Shown here: in pieces, positions 26,261 through 41,211 of the stretch
Numbering within the stretch: position 1 is the stretch's first letter
How the letters are laid out: each line of letters begins with the position of its first letter
Origin: the human T2T-CHM13v2.0 reference genome, Homo sapiens
NCBI RefSeq assembly: GCF_009914755.1
Contig: NC_060932.1
Strand: one strand, 5' to 3'
Length of the DNA stretch: 64,000 nucleotides
Position numbers and translations under genes: made by a program
The notes under the pieces: generated by a model
What the model saw: the letters and a program-made list of their open reading frames with translations, nothing else
The model's database searches: none
What the model was told of the DNA's origin: nothing

Positions 26261-28267
26261 ATACGGGATGTGGAATCAGCTAGGGAGAGAATGCAGAAAG
26301 AAGAGGAAATGGGCATGGGGAGAGCCCTGGAAAGCCAGTAGTTAAAGGCTGTAGAAGATTAGGAGGCTGGAATGGGGTTGAGAAGTTGACCAGAAAGGAA
26401 GAAAACTAGGAGAATTGTCTGCAGTGATTGAGAAACCCAGACAAGAGTGTTTCAAGAAGAAGGGAGAGAGAGGTTAACAGGGTTGTTGAAAACCACTAAG
26501 AGGTCACTTGACAGGAATGCTGAAAACTGTCCAGTGGATTTAGTGAAATGGAGGCCATTGGTGACGTTGAGAACTGTTTTGGTGAAGTGGAGGCAAAAGT
26601 CATATTGGACTGGACTGAGGCATGAATGGGAAGTCAGGAATCGGAGAAGCCAAGCACAAACAATTTTAGGGGTGGGGGAAATGTGTGGCTGTGAAAAGAA
26701 AGCTAGAAGGGAATTCGAAATGTAGAGATTACAAATATTCTTACTTTCATTAATGGAAAGATTAGATCATGCTCAAATGGCAATACGACGGATCTAAGAG
26801 GGTGGGGAGGTTAACGGTGCAGGAGAGAGGTAGTAACTGATGACATTATTTAAGGCTGCTGAGAAGGACAAGACATGGGGTCCAGGATACTCCCTGATGA
26901 CAGGAGGGTACGGGACTCAATGGAGATGCAGTTGTTGATTTCGGGGGAGTTGAGGATGGATGGCTTGGATAGTCCCAGCAAAGTGGGAATCCATGTTTTA
27001 GGTTAGGAGTGAGGATCATGATAGGGAGGGTTGGAAGGGGGGGGTTGGGATGAACAGTAAGCTATGGGGCTCCAGCAAAACAAGGCTCTAGGTGGATTTC
27101 AGTTGAACAAATAATTCTTGTTGGTGAGTAATAAAGCCTTGGAAATAGCCCCAGGCCATATGTTAGCTCAGTCAAAGCTGTAGTCAGGGGCTGGGAGCCT
27201 CTTCCAAGTACAACATTTTCTCTCTCGGCAGAAGGGAGAGGGGTCTTCTCAGATTGTCTTTGAAAGCCCAGGAGGCTTCCTCACTGTGTCTGGGCTTCAG
27301 AAGACTAGACCCTCAGTTGTGTGCCGTCAACGTTCCTGCTCCAGGGGTACTCGGCACCCTCGGGTGCTCTGCAGCCACAAATAGTCAAGTGCAGAAAAGA
27401 ACCGGATGCTGGCCTGGGAGAATTCGGCCTGGGAGAATCACGGTTTGATGAGGCCGGGGAGGCCGCCTTTAGCTAACAGGTCCACTGCACCCCAGCCATC
27501 TCCAAAAGCCACATTTTGAGAAGAGCAGAGTTGATGTGGGGAGGATGTCAAGGTGGCAGAAAAGTCACCAAAGCCACATTCTGAGACCAATTCAGGGGAA
27601 CGTCTGTGAGCTGAGGATAGCTGTGAGATGCTTTGCTCCTGAAGGCGTTTTCCAGGTCAGCTGTGGGGTGGTGGGCATGATGATGTCTAGTCCAGCTCCA
27701 GAACTTAATTGCTGGACACACATAGAAGAATCACTCAGCCTCTGTGATCTTGCAATTTGCATCTACAAACTGGGAATTATCATCCCTGCCCTCCTTAACT
27801 GACATATATTTAAAACCAAGCTAAGAAGGCTGAACAGGTGGGGGTGCTAATAATAAGATACGAAAGGTTCTCTTTCCAGAATATCAGTGCTGATGGGGCC
27901 TTATCAAACCTTGGTCTTTTCCCAAGTTACTGGAGGCAGACCTGGGATTCCAACAAGGTTTTCTTTCATGTGGCTAAAGCTTATCTTACTGCAGTTACAA
28001 ATGTATTCTGAGCAAAGCTGTGATCACAGCCATTTTGTTTTTCATTGTTTTAATTCCCAGCTCGAATCTTTCAGAGCACACCAGCCTCAGTGCCCTGCAC
28101 ATAGTAGGGCCTTGAGAAAACTTTTTGGCATAGCTGAGCATCAGGGCTCAGGAAGCCAGTTGAGGGTGTGCATGTGGCAGTTTATCACTTTGAGACTCAG
28201 AGGGTTAATCCCAGCCTGGCTCCCCTTTGGCTTTGACCTAAAGACCTTCATCCCTAAATCCCTCTGA

Positions 28268-28651
<384 letters not shown>

Positions 28652-30008
28652 TACAGCTGGTTTGTTAATGACCAGTCCCATTCCACTGCCTCTGTATACC
28701 CAGGGATGTTTGGGTGGGGATGCCGAGACAACTGGCTTGGGGAAGTTAAGGGCAGGCAAGTGGACTTAGCATGCAACGGTGTGGGAATGTGGTTGCTCAT
28801 GCTCTGTTTCCTTCTGCAAACAAAGTGTTGACATTATGAATGATGAAAAGAGAAGACAGCTGAAGGGACTCACAGGGGCATGTTCCAGAGCCTCTGAGTG
28901 GGAGAGTATGACTTCATTTAACATCAGCTGTCAATTTATATTCTGTCACAGCCAATGGATTCCCACTCAGAATGGGGGCTGCAAACTCCCAAGTGTGAGA
29001 TGTTGTTGGAAATGTACTGGGCCAGGAGGGTGGCCTCTTGGAGAGGGTAATCCTCCCAGCTCCAGGGCCTTCCCCAGTCCCTGGGAGCTCCAGGCTGCCA
29101 TAGAGGCTCTTGCTGTTTCTGCAGGGATAAAGGTCTTCTGTGCTTTCCTTGTCTTTAGTGGTGAATGTGGCTAAAAGCAGCGACATCTGTGTTCCTTCTG
29201 TGGGATGCAAACTAGATGGATATATTAATAAAGCCTGGGTTGGAAAGAGGCCAGAGTGGGTGGGGTAGGGTCAAAAAGGGTGGTCAGTTCTGGGGCTGAG
29301 CCAGGTTCCTGTGCTCAGAATAGTAGAGTGGGAGGAAGTTCGGTACAAGAGTGTGAGTGAAGTGTGTGTGTGGTGGTCTGAGACAGGTAAGACAAAGGAC
29401 CTTGAAAATAGGGTGCTGAGTGGGTGGGGAGCAGGTGTAACAATACCAGAAGTGCCTAAGGCTTCCCAGGAGGTGGAACAAATAGGTGTTTCCAGGTGAG
29501 AGCTGTGGGACCCTGACACAGCTGTCTAGGGAATTGTGGTTTTCTTAGACTGTGGCTTCTGCTCACCAGCATCCCAGAATAAAAACCTAAAGAACCAATC
29601 ACTGTGTTCAGCTGACAGCTCTACCCTGAGCTGCCCTCACTTTCCTCCAGGCCAGGCTCTGCTGCCTTTTCAGGCTGTTAATTCCCAGCAGAGGCAGGTG
29701 GGTTTGTCTGTCTGGATTGGATGAAGTGTGAGGTCAGCCTCCCAATGCCTCTCCCCACATTGGTGTGTTTCTCTGAGCTCCCATGTTCTCAGCCTCTTAG
29801 ACAGTGAGTGAGGCTGGGAAAAGCTGCTTGAGTTTGAATCTTACCTCAGCTGTTTTTAGCCAGCCTTCCTTGAACTATGGCTCCTGCATCTGAAAAACAG
29901 GATGATGTTACCAATATAGCTATTGTGGAGATGAAATCAGAGATAATGCTTCATAATTTTTAAATTCTTTTTAAATTTTTATTTTAGAGACGGGGTCTTG
30001 ATCTTTGA

Positions 30009-30539
<531 letters not shown>

Positions 30540-30569
30540 GACAGAGTCTTACTGTGTTACCTAGGCTGA

Positions 30570-30945
<376 letters not shown>

Positions 30946-31419
30946 ACCCAGATAATTTTTAAAAATTTCTGTAGTGGCAGAGTCTTGATATGTTACCCAG
31001 GCTGGAGTGCAGTGGTGCAGTCATAACTCACTGCAGCCTCAAACTCTTGCACTCAGGTGATCCTCCCACCTTGGCCTCCTGAGTAGCTGGGACTACAGGC
31101 ATGAGCCATCATGTGCAGCTCCATAATTTTTAAAAATTAGGCCTTTGTGAGGGTTAATTGAGACTAATGCACAAGGACTCTTCCAAAATAGTAAAGGTGA
31201 GGGAAATGCTTAATCTAGATTGAGAGGGTTGGACTCCATAACCTCTAGGACACCTTCCAGCTCTTGGAGTCTAAGGGTCTCCCTGGCTTCTGTTTCTATA
31301 CCTTCTGCTTGGTACCTTTTTCTTTCCCAGATGTCCTCATCTCCCACCTTTAGGTCATTCCCACCTGCCACTCAGCTTCAATCCAAGCTGAGCCACCACA
31401 TGAAAGACCTTTGAAGGGA

Positions 31420-31600
31420 AAATCAACTGTTTATCAAATTAGCTGAATTCTCAAAGCCTGGCTACTACACAAGGAATCAGATGCTAATTAATGAAGAGCC
31501 AACACAGCTCCATTGCCGATTTGCATAAATATGCATTGTCAAACTGTTAGGTAAACAAAAGCTGGATAACTGCCACAGAGCCAGAGTGATTATGCCGGGC
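31420..31600. promoter_or_regulatory. candidate enhancer (POU/Sox/Fox/homeodomain motif cluster)
   Basis: ATGCTAATTAAT 31481, ATTTGCAT 31519, CATTGTC 31534, GTAAACA 31551 in non-repeat DNA. Confidence 0.4.
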
Positions 31601-33827
31601 CTTCCTAGTGAGCCTTTGCAATAGGGATTACGGCCTCCACGATTTTTTTTTAAAGTCATCCTTTTATGTTTCTTTTTCCATGCCCTCCCTCCTCACTCTG
31701 CTTAAGGTTCAGCTCTCTTTCCATTATCAGCTACCAAACATAACACGATGCAAACCAAGGCAGGGTGGCCCTCCAGTGAGCAAGATGACTTTCTTCTGCC
31801 ACTTCACATTGCCTGGGTCTCTTGCATCTGGTTTAGAGACAGAGGGAGAGAGACTAGTATGAGGTTGTCCCTGCCTCCACCCTCATCTCGAATGAAGATA
31901 CAAGAAGCTTGGGGGTCTAGCCATAAAACTTGTCTGATGCATGTTTTTAATCCTTGCTAGTTACAGCTAATTGGAGCTGTCAATCATTTAAAACCCTGAA
32001 ACTGACTCAGAGAGGTCAGGTGATTCAAACTTACCCAACTGTACAGATAATAATTAGATGTATTGAAGTTAGTAAGTATGAAGAAAGGGGGAAGCTCTCA
32101 CTTGCCTGTGCATAAGGAATCTCGGAAGATGTAGCTGTGCTGAAGCCAGACTTGTCCTAGAGAAGAAGTGAGATCTGGCGGCCTCAACCCTCCTCAGTCT
32201 CTTAGAGTCAGCAGTGGCAGCACGGATGGTACCTGTCAGTTCATTTCAGAAAATATTTATGGAGTGTCTGTGCTGTGCTGGGTGCTGTAGGAATCAGGGT
32301 TCTGGCCTTGAAGGAGATGCCTGTTTCACTGGGGAGACAAATACAACCAAATATGTAACTGAAGCTGGGTGAAGACCTAACTACTCTGTGGTAGGGCTCA
32401 CGTTTGCAGCCCCTAGAGTATCTCTCAGCTAATTTATTGATGAAAGGGTCCTATTAATGAAGTGAATCTATCTTTGGGGAGGAATTTTCCATTTGGGGTG
32501 GATGTTTTCTGGTTTATCTGTCTTCCTGTCGCAGCATGAAGTCAGGCAGGTCTGTGTTCATGTGCTCACCTGGGATGACTCTTCTGGCTCCTGAAAAATA
32601 AGGATGCTGATTGCCTCCTCACGGAATCCCAGTGGACCAAGCCAGGAAAGAAGCCGAGCAGGGCTTCTGGGGAAGAAAGTCCGGGGCCTTGCAAAAGAGG
32701 GCAGTTGCCTCTGGGCCAGTTTGCAGAGTAGAGGTTGCCCATGTGCTGAGTCTTGAGCTACCATATAGGAGTCCTCATGCCTCCAAATACCTACCAGTAT
32801 CTACCAGACTCATCTCATGGGTCTGAGATGCTGAAATCTCTACTCAGGTGGGGAAGGAATGGGAGTTTACCTATGGTGAATGTCTATTCTACTGAGCAAT
32901 TTGTATCTGTTGTTACCTTTATTTCTTATAAAATCATGTAATTCAGGTACTAATGTACACACTTTATAGCTGAAGAACTGGAATTCACAGAGCATAAATG
33001 ACTTGTCCAAGGCATCACTGCAAATGTCCGAGTCAGGATGTACACTCAGCTTGGTATGAATCCAGAACTCAGCTCTTGCTCCACTTGTGCCCTACTCCTT
33101 GCTGTTGTCTTTGTTTACTGTAGACCCCTACCCTGTCAATAATAATAGTAATGGTAACTCTGACCCCAACTTTCATTGCTGAATTGGGTAGCAATTAATC
33201 CACTGGACAGACATGGCTCCAGGTGGAAATGGCAAAATTCTGAAGCCCACTTCCACAAGGCTGAGAAGCAGTGGCCTCATGGTTCAACCAGCCGGCTAGG
33301 AAATCTGCAGACCTGAAGGCACACACCACAGAACTTCACCCACCTGCATGTGGACCCATCTGGCCGGCGGTAGAAAGCCCACTGTGAGGTATCATAGGGG
33401 AGTTCGGGGTGGCAGAGGGTTTGCTTCAGAGACCTAAAAGTAGATAGTGGTCTAAGAAAATGGGTTGGACTATGGGTGTTTCTGTGGCTTCAGAAGCCAC
33501 AATGCACAGCTTATGTGCAGTGGCTAGAGGAAGTTCAAGCACATTCTCTTCCCCAGGAGGTCCTCTGCTCCAGAAGTGAAACGGCTCTACAGAGGAATTT
33601 GAGTCCCCCTTTACAATCCCCGCTGACAGGATCCATAAGCCCCAACAAACATGTATACAGGAAGGAAAAATCAATGTAGTAAAAGAGAAAGGAGAGAACT
33701 TAAAGGAATTTGCCAGTCTTCATGCGGCCCATGTCAATGCCCGGCCCATTAGTCATCAGTGTGAAGACCCAGGAAGCCACAGGAAAGGATGTGGAAAAGA
33801 AGTCATTAAAAAACGTTTAAAACTTTT

Positions 33828-34115
33828 GGCTAGGAATGGCGGCTCATGCCTGTAACTCCAGCACTTTGGGAGGCTGAGGTGGGTGGATCACTTGAGGCCA
33901 GGAGTTTGAAACCAGACTGGACAGCATGGTGAAACCCCATCTCTACTAATAATATAAAAGTTAGCTGGGCATGGTGGTGCGTGCCTTAATCCTAGCTACT
34001 TAGGAGGCTGAGGCAGGAGAATCACTTGAAACCGGGAGGCGGAGGTTGCAGTGAACCAAGATTGCAGCACTGCACTCCAGCCTGGGGTACAGAGCGAGAT
34101 TCCATCTCAAAAAAA
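33828..34115 (+). mobile_element. AluS
   Basis: dimeric; TSD aaaa(c/g)gttta(a/g)aactttt. Confidence 0.93.
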
Positions 34116-35975
34116 TAAAAGGTTTAGAACTTTTAATAAAACAGAGTAAAGTTTCTAACATTTACATGTGCAAATACACACATAACACACACACAAGCCC
34201 AAAGCCAGTATCTCCATTTGGACATTGAAGAAAGGAAGTCTTAGAGGGAAACTGCGCACAATCTTGCTGAGGACTGACAGCATGGGTGGGGAAGGCATAT
34301 TTAAAATATCTGAGAGTAGGAAAAATATGGAGAAAAAACCTTCAGCTCCCATAGGCCCTCAAAAATGCAGGTCCAACAGGGAACGTGGTACCGAAAACAG
34401 GGTTTTGAGTGAAGGAGTCTCTTCACTCAGAGTTTAGTCTTTTTGCTGGTGGCAAAGCAGAAAAAGAACAAATTTCATAAGTTGTCAGCTGGAAAACGTG
34501 TTGGGCAGGGTGGCCACATGGGCTCTAAGAGTCTGGGTTTCCTTCCTTATTGGACCTTTGACTTTAGAGTCCCTTGGCTTCTCAGAGCCTTTGTCATGTC
34601 ATCTGTGATGGCATGTGTGGAGTGTCTGCCTGGTTCATTCACTTCTGTTCCCTTTTGGAAACTGGCTGTAAGCACCTCCAGCCAGGATGGGCCGAGATAC
34701 CCCTGTATGAGAAGAACCCCAAAGTAGAAGACCCTGAGTTAGCAGAGACTGGAGCTTAGGCTCAGAGATGTATTCCTGGCCATGTCCAGCCTCTGCTTGC
34801 TGTGTTGAAAGAAGTTTGTTCTATGCAGACTCTGATGGGACCTAACAAGTCTCAGGGAACCAGGGACAGAGGTCATGATTCAAGGGAGGGTATTTTTGGG
34901 CTGACATCTGGTTTTTCCCTGCTACCCCCATAGACTAGAGCCAAATGGCCTCTAGCCCAGCCCAGAGCCCTCTTGGCAGCTTGGCCAACTACTAGTACCA
35001 GCAACTGGTCCCCAAGAGCTGAGCTCCTTCTGTTCTGGACAAAGGTGACACAATCTCCAGAAGCTGTCACTCAGAAGCAGATATGAGAGATCAAAGAGGA
35101 GGCCTGAGGAGAGGCTTCAGGGCTTGTTAGATTCAGCCTCCTAAAAGTTCAATGAAGTCAAGGGCAGTATGGAGGACCAAAGTCTTCATAAGCTTGTGCT
35201 TTGCCAACAGCACTGGGCCACAGCATGCCTCCTTTGTGGTTTCTGTGTACCTTGACAGAGTCGGGGATGGCCAAGGTTAAGGGTATAGGTCTGGCTAGAT
35301 ACTATTTGAACTAGGTACACGTAAAGCATCATCCTAAGACAAAACAACAGTGTGTGCAAGCATGTTTAGAATGTTAATTCCCTGAGTTCCCCCAGAGTTG
35401 CAAATCCGTCATCTCTCTTCAGTGGAAAAGAAGTCTGATATATTGGCAATTTTTCCCCAACAGCTTATACCAGTCCCTCTTTTTTCTTCCTTCATGCAGT
35501 GTTTATAGTCAGAGCCTCACAGTCCAGTTCTTGGTCACTCTCCATCTTGTATTCTTTGCACTTTATTTTTCATGCCAGCAAGGTTTTACTTTCCCAACGA
35601 GACAGTTCCCTGAAGGTATATTCCATGGCTGGCAATAATGTAGTGCTTGGCACTAGAGCGTTCCACACTTTTCAAAGCCTTTTCCTGCCTTCCATGAATT
35701 CAGCCATGGCAGGATAAGCATGGCTGTGCCCACGTGACAGACATGGACACCGATGCATGGGAGGTGGAGTTACTTGATTGGGTACATGCTGCTCTTTGGA
35801 ACCAAAAATGAGACTTCATGTTATTGAGTGAATGTCTGCTACCCACTGGCCCCGATCAGGACTTTATGTTCATTTCCTAGCACTATTACCTATAAACAGA
35901 AAAGACTTAATCAAGAATCACTTGATTATTTAGCTTTTAAAGTATTTTCCTATGTTTAATTTTTCAAAACCTCAG

Positions 35976-36465
35976 TGTGGCCAATTAATGACTACAAATA
36001 TGTGACCCCTTCTTACATCAATAAATAGGGTCTAATTCCTATCCTCTTGAATCTGGGCTAGACTCAGTGGTTTTCCATAACCAATATAACATGGTGGAAT
36101 TGATGTGGATCTTTCGAGACTAAGTCAGAAAAGGTCATAGTGTTTCCACTTTGCTTGTTGGAACACTTGCTCTTGGAACATTGAGTCGCCATGTGAAAAG
36201 TCGGATTACTTTGAGGTTGCCATGCCAGAGAGGCCAAGATCAGTGTTTCACTAAGGTCAGCAGTCCTAGCTAAGCCCAGTTTTTGAGTCATCCTTGCCAA
36301 GGTGCTAGGTATGTGAGTGAAGCCACATTGGGACCCCCAGATCAGACCATCCACCAATAAGTGGCCATCATTTGTGGTACATGAGACAGAAAACTCACCC
36401 AGATGAACTCAACATGAACTCATGTCTTGGGGTAATTTGTTACATAATAGTAGATGACCCAGAAA
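35976..36465 (+). mobile_element. MLT1H-like MaLR LTR
   Basis: cttgaatctgggctag...gccatgtgaaaagtcggattac...ggggtaatttgttacat. Confidence 0.75.
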
Positions 36466-36934
36466 ATTCTTCAGTCTTCCCCGGAGCCCACTGAGAACAA
36501 CGTATCGATGGCTGAATAGAAACTGGGCTTACGAAGGCTCACATCCTGCTTAACTCCATATGTTAGATTCCTGCAGTATTATTTTAGCTTTCCTCACCTT
36601 TTGCTGGAGGAAATTGTGTGGACGTACTGAATTCTCCCAGAGAATTAGCTTGTTTTTAGAAACATGCTTACAATTATGAGTTGTGCAATTGGCTGTGAGA
36701 GTGTCCACATAAAATTATTGATTTTTGAGCACGTCCATGTTTTCAACTCTGGGTTTAGTCATATATATCATTCAGGTTCCAACTTGGGTGCTTTTTCTGC
36801 CATGAGATCTGTCTTTCATTTTTTTTGCTCCTACTCTGAAGAGAGGTCTCTCTTCTATGCTCTCAGGCCAATATGTCTACATGTCTACGTTTTTATGACT
36901 CTGATTATATTTCGCCTTTTCCTTGGCTCTTTTC

Positions 36935-37250
36935 TCTTCTTTTTTTTTTTTTTTTTTTTTTTTGAGATGGAGTCTTACTCTGTTACCCAGGCTGGAGTGT
37001 GTAGTGGTGCAATCTAGGCTTACTGCAACCTCTACTTCCTGGGTTCAAGCCATTCTCCCACTTCAGCCTCCCGAGTAGCTGGGATTACAGGTGCTTGCCA
37101 CTAAGCCCAGCTGATTTTTTTGTGTTACTAGTAGAGAAGGGGTTTCACCATGTTGGTTCCTGGCTGGTCTTGAACTCCTGATCTAGTGATTCGCCTGCCT
37201 CGGCCTCCCAAAGTGCTGGGATTGCAGGTGTGAGCCACCGCTCCCAGCCC
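36935..37250 (-). mobile_element. AluS
   Basis: poly-T; TSD tggctctttt. Confidence 0.93.
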
Positions 37251-37347
37251 CGTGGCTCTTTTTAAACCTAAGTGTCCCTTGTGATGCTCAAGGTCCTTAA
37301 GTCAGTTGACCTTTGCTTTTTGATCTTATTTTCTTACGGCCCTTACT

Positions 37348-37708
37348 TATTGCTTATTGTGTAAGAGATACTGCTATGTGTTCATATGCCTTTTTCCTTC
37401 TAGCACGTGGAAAGACCTTATGCTCTGCCCTTAGAACTACGAGATTGATGCCTTTTCAAAGGTATATAAGCAGAAGTGATGTATGTCTCTTTCAGGTCAG
37501 CACTTAGATGCCCTCCACTATTCCTCTGCCTGCCACTTCAGCTTTGGAAGCTAATGTGTCCCAGATGGCATAAACTACATGACAGAGAAGGGTGGTCTGA
37601 TTCACATTAAGCTTGATATGAGTGAGGAATAAGCCTTTATTTTGTTAATGCACTGAGAGTTTGAGGATTTGTAACTGCAGAATAGCTTATTGTATTTTGA
37701 CTAATAAA
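37348..37708 (+). mobile_element. MLT1I/J-like MaLR LTR
   Basis: gcagaagtgatgtatgtc...atgagtgaggaataagcctttattttgttaatgcactgag. Confidence 0.7.
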
Positions 37709-37729
37709 ATGATACAACAACATTTATAA

Positions 37730-37960
37730 TAATAGCTATAGCTCATATTTGCTGAGTGTCTCTCATGAGTCAACTGTTAAGTGTTTTATATATTTAATAT
37801 CTTAAAATACTTCCAACAACTGTATATACCAAGCAGTATTAGTCAGATTCTCATTTCATAGTTGGAGATATTTATACATAGGATGATGACAATAATTATT
37901 AGTAATTGGCTGAGCTAGGACTTGAACCCACGTCTGTCTGACTCCAGAGCAATTTTTCTA
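37730..37960 (-). mobile_element. MIR
   Basis: gagctaggacttgaacccacgtctgtctgactccagagc. Confidence 0.75.
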
Positions 37961-38329
37961 GTCTACTCTATAGACTCTGTTCCTATGTCTGTAAATTTCA
38001 AGTGGTTTTGAACTGGGCCTTGTCAGAGCAAGAGCTCTAGATGGGTGTTTTCGGTTTTTGTATGATTCAAATTAAAGTAAGAGGTTAAGGTCTGTTTTTA
38101 AGGAACTTACTATAAAGTTGTTTCTTTTAAACCTTCCATTTATATAATTTCTGGGTTATCTTCTGAATACTGAAATCAGTCTCTTTAGATGTTAAGAGGG
38201 CTCAAAACTACAAAGTTCACCTTTCCTCCCTCGTCAGCCCTACTCTGATGCAGCCACGAGATAGTGGAGGAGTTTCTCCCTTGAATTCTGAGCCCCAGAA
38301 CCACAGATTAAACAAAACACATTTGTGGG

Positions 38330-38680
38330 GTACTGTGATCTGAACATCTGTGTCCTCCTAAATTTATATGTCGAAATGCTATTACCCAAGACGATGCTAT
38401 TAGGAGATGGGGCCTTTAGAGGTGATTAGGGTGCAGGGGCAGAGCCCTCCTGAATAGGATTAGTGCCCTTATAAAACAGGCCCCACAGAAACCCCTCACC
38501 CTGTCCACCACATGAGCACGCAGCAAGAGGGAACCATCTAAGAGGAAGCAGGTCTTCACTAGACACTGAATCTACGGCACATTGATCTTGGACTTCCAGC
38601 CTCCAGGACTGTAAGAAATAAATTTCTGTTATTTTTGAGCCACCCTGTGGCATTTGTTGTATCACCTGAACACACTAAAA
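38330..38680 (+). mobile_element. MLT1A-like MaLR LTR
   Basis: ggggcctttagaggtgattagg...ttgatcttggacttccagcctccaggactgtaagaaataaatttctg. Confidence 0.85.
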
Positions 38681-39732
38681 TTGCGGTGCTTGGGGGCTTT
38701 CAGCCAAATTTAAACCTAGTCTTTTTTCCTGCTTGTGCCACAGATTCCCTGGCAGCCTCCCCGTTCAGGAATGGTTTTGGGTTCCAAGGCAATAGCATGG
38801 CAGTTGTTTTCCGGATGAAATAAGAAGTTGCATTCAGATTTCTCTCCTACTAAGGGGCATTTGTCTTGAGACTGCCCCATTGATGGAACCTTGGGAGGGG
38901 TTTGCGTGAATCCCGCTGGCAGCCAGAGCCAAGTGTATTGCAGCAAGGTCTGTGGCGCGTAGTTTATGGTAGCAATTACTGAGCCAGATTCTTATGTAGT
39001 CATGATACCTTCAATTACGGGCAAAGTTGGGGAGGTCAACATAATAAGTGTTTGCATTTTCAGGGCCCTGGAAATCCATAAAGATCACTGGAGTCTATTA
39101 TTTCACTCCTACTCTGCCTTCTTGGCCTTCTTCTCTGATTTAAAACATTCTTAGCACAGGGTATAAAATTAAACACACAGCATCAGCAAAACTAGCCCAA
39201 CAGAATAAAAGGGGGAAAAAAAGAACCCTTGAAGATATACTGTAATTGTGAAAGGCAGGGCCTGCCACTCTTGCTCTTGAACAAAATTTGCAGGTCTAGT
39301 TGTAGATTTCTAAAAAATATACAAATGTTTAAATGTTGAAATACCCTCAAGCATACAGAAAACTTGCAAATACAATAAAAATAACTTATTTTAATTGAAC
39401 CATTTAAGAGAAGTTGCTGACTTAATGCCCCATCACCCCTAAATTCTTCAGTTGTATTTCCTACATGCAAGGACATTATTCTAAACAACCACAAAACAAC
39501 TATCAAAACAGGAAGGTGACATCGGTACCTGATTACCATTTAATCCTCAGACCCCATTCACATTTCTGCAGTTGCTCAGTTACGTCTTTCAGCAGGATGA
39601 TCCAATCCAGAATCATGCATTGCATTTATACATGTCTCTTTCTATCTAGAAGGGTTCCTCTGTCTTTCTTGGACTTTGATGACCTTCACTTTTTGAACAC
39701 AGTTCAGGTGTCTTGCTAATGTCCTCCATTTT

Positions 39733-40424
39733 ATTTACCTTTTTTAATTTCAGTACGTTTTCTGGGGCAGACAGGTGGTTTTTGGTTACGTAAATAAGTT
39801 CTTTAGTGGTGATTTCTGAGATTTTGGTGCACCTATCACCTTAGCAGTGTACATTGTACCCAATATGTAGTCTTTTATCCCTCACCCCCCCACACACCCT
39901 TCGCTCAAATCCCCAAAGTCCATTATGTCATTCTTACACCTTTGCACCCTCATGGCTTAGCTCCCACTTATAAATGAGAACGTGTGATATTTGATTTTCC
40001 AATCCTGAGTTACTTCATTTAGAATAATGGCCCTCCAGCTCCATTCAAATTGCTGCAAAGGCCATTATTTTGTGTTTTATGGTGAGTAGTAGTCTACGGT
40101 GTATATATACCACATTTTCTTTATACACTCATGGGTTGATGGGCATTTAGGTTGGTTCCGTATTTTTGCTATTGCGAATTGTGCTGCTATAAATGTGCAT
40201 GTGCAAGTGTCTTTTTCATATAATGACTTCTTTTCTTTGGATAGATACCCAGTAGTGAGGTTGCTGGATAGAAAGGTAGCTCTACTTTCAGTTCTTTACA
40301 GAATCTCCACACTGTTTTCCATAGCAGTTGTACTAGTTTACATTCCCACTACCAGTGTAAAAGTGTTCCCTTTTCACCACATCCAGACCAACATCTATTA
40401 CTTTGTGACTTTTTAATTATGGAG
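39733..40424 (-). mobile_element. L1PB 3' end, 5'-truncated
   Basis: taagttctttagtggtgatttctgagattttggtgcacc; TSD aatgtcct(cc/tt)atttt. Confidence 0.88.
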
Positions 40425-40514
40425 AATGTCCTTTATTTTGGGTTTCTGTAATGTTTTCTCAAGATTAGATTCAGAAGTGTGCTAGAAATGAAACTGCCAT
40501 CCTCTTATTGAATC

Positions 40515-41211
40515 TTTTTTTAAATTTTATTTTTAGTTTTTATTATACTTAAAGTTCTGGGATACATGTGCAGTGTGTGTAGGTTTGTTACATAGGTATA
40601 CACCTGTCATGGTGGTTTGCTGCACCCATCAACCCATCCTCTACATGAGGTATTTCTCCTAATGTTATCCCTCCCCTAGCCCGTGGGGTTGGGATCTGCT
40701 GAGCTAGACCACTTGGCTCCCTGGCTTCAGGCCCCTTTCCAAGGGAGTGAACGGCTCTGTGTTGCTGGTGTTCCAGGCACCACTGGGATATGAAAAAATA
40801 CTCCTGCAGCTAGCTGGCTCTCTGCCCAAATGGCCACCCAGTTTTATGCTTGAAACCCAGGGCCCTAGTGGCGTAGGCACCAGAGGGAATCTCCTGGTCT
40901 GCGGGTTTTGAAGACCATGGGAAAAGCCTAGTATCTGGGCTGGATAGCACCGTCCCTCACGGCACAATCCCTCATGGCTTCCCTTGGCTAGGGGAGGGAT
41001 TTCCCCAAACCCTTGCACATCCTGGGTGAGGCAATGCCCCCCACCCTGCTTCAGCTCATCCTCTGTGGGCTGCACCCACTGTGTAACCAGTCCCAATGAG
41101 ATGAGCCAGGTACCTCGTTGGGGAATGCAGAAATCACCCACCTTCTGCATTGATCTCGCTGGGAGCTGCAGACCGGAGCTGTTCCTATTCAGTCATCTTG
41201 CCAGCCACCTC
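40515..41211 (-). mobile_element. internally deleted L1PA7/8-like element: 5'UTR fused to 3'UTR end
   Basis: 3'UTR+tail 40515-40682; 5'UTR 40683-41211 in the same orientation; TSD cttattg(a/c)atc. Confidence 0.88.

Larger units (their letters stand above)
24310..26850 (-). mobile_element. L2 LINE remnants interrupted by AluJ and LTR1
   Basis: tttattgagcatttactatg 3' end; ggaggccattggtgac, ggactgaggcatgaatggg L2 motifs. Confidence 0.7.

Noticed and set aside
25850-26261. Cluster of ~100-aa overlapping ORFs
   Set aside because: All inside the GC-rich LTR1.
27410-27440. ggcctgggagaat duplicated at 15-bp spacing (also ctacaagctgg x2 at ~57423-57448)
   Set aside because: Ordinary short slippage duplications.
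40704-41150. 148-aa ORF in the mini-L1
   Set aside because: L1 5'UTR sequence, not ORF1; no recognisable domain.
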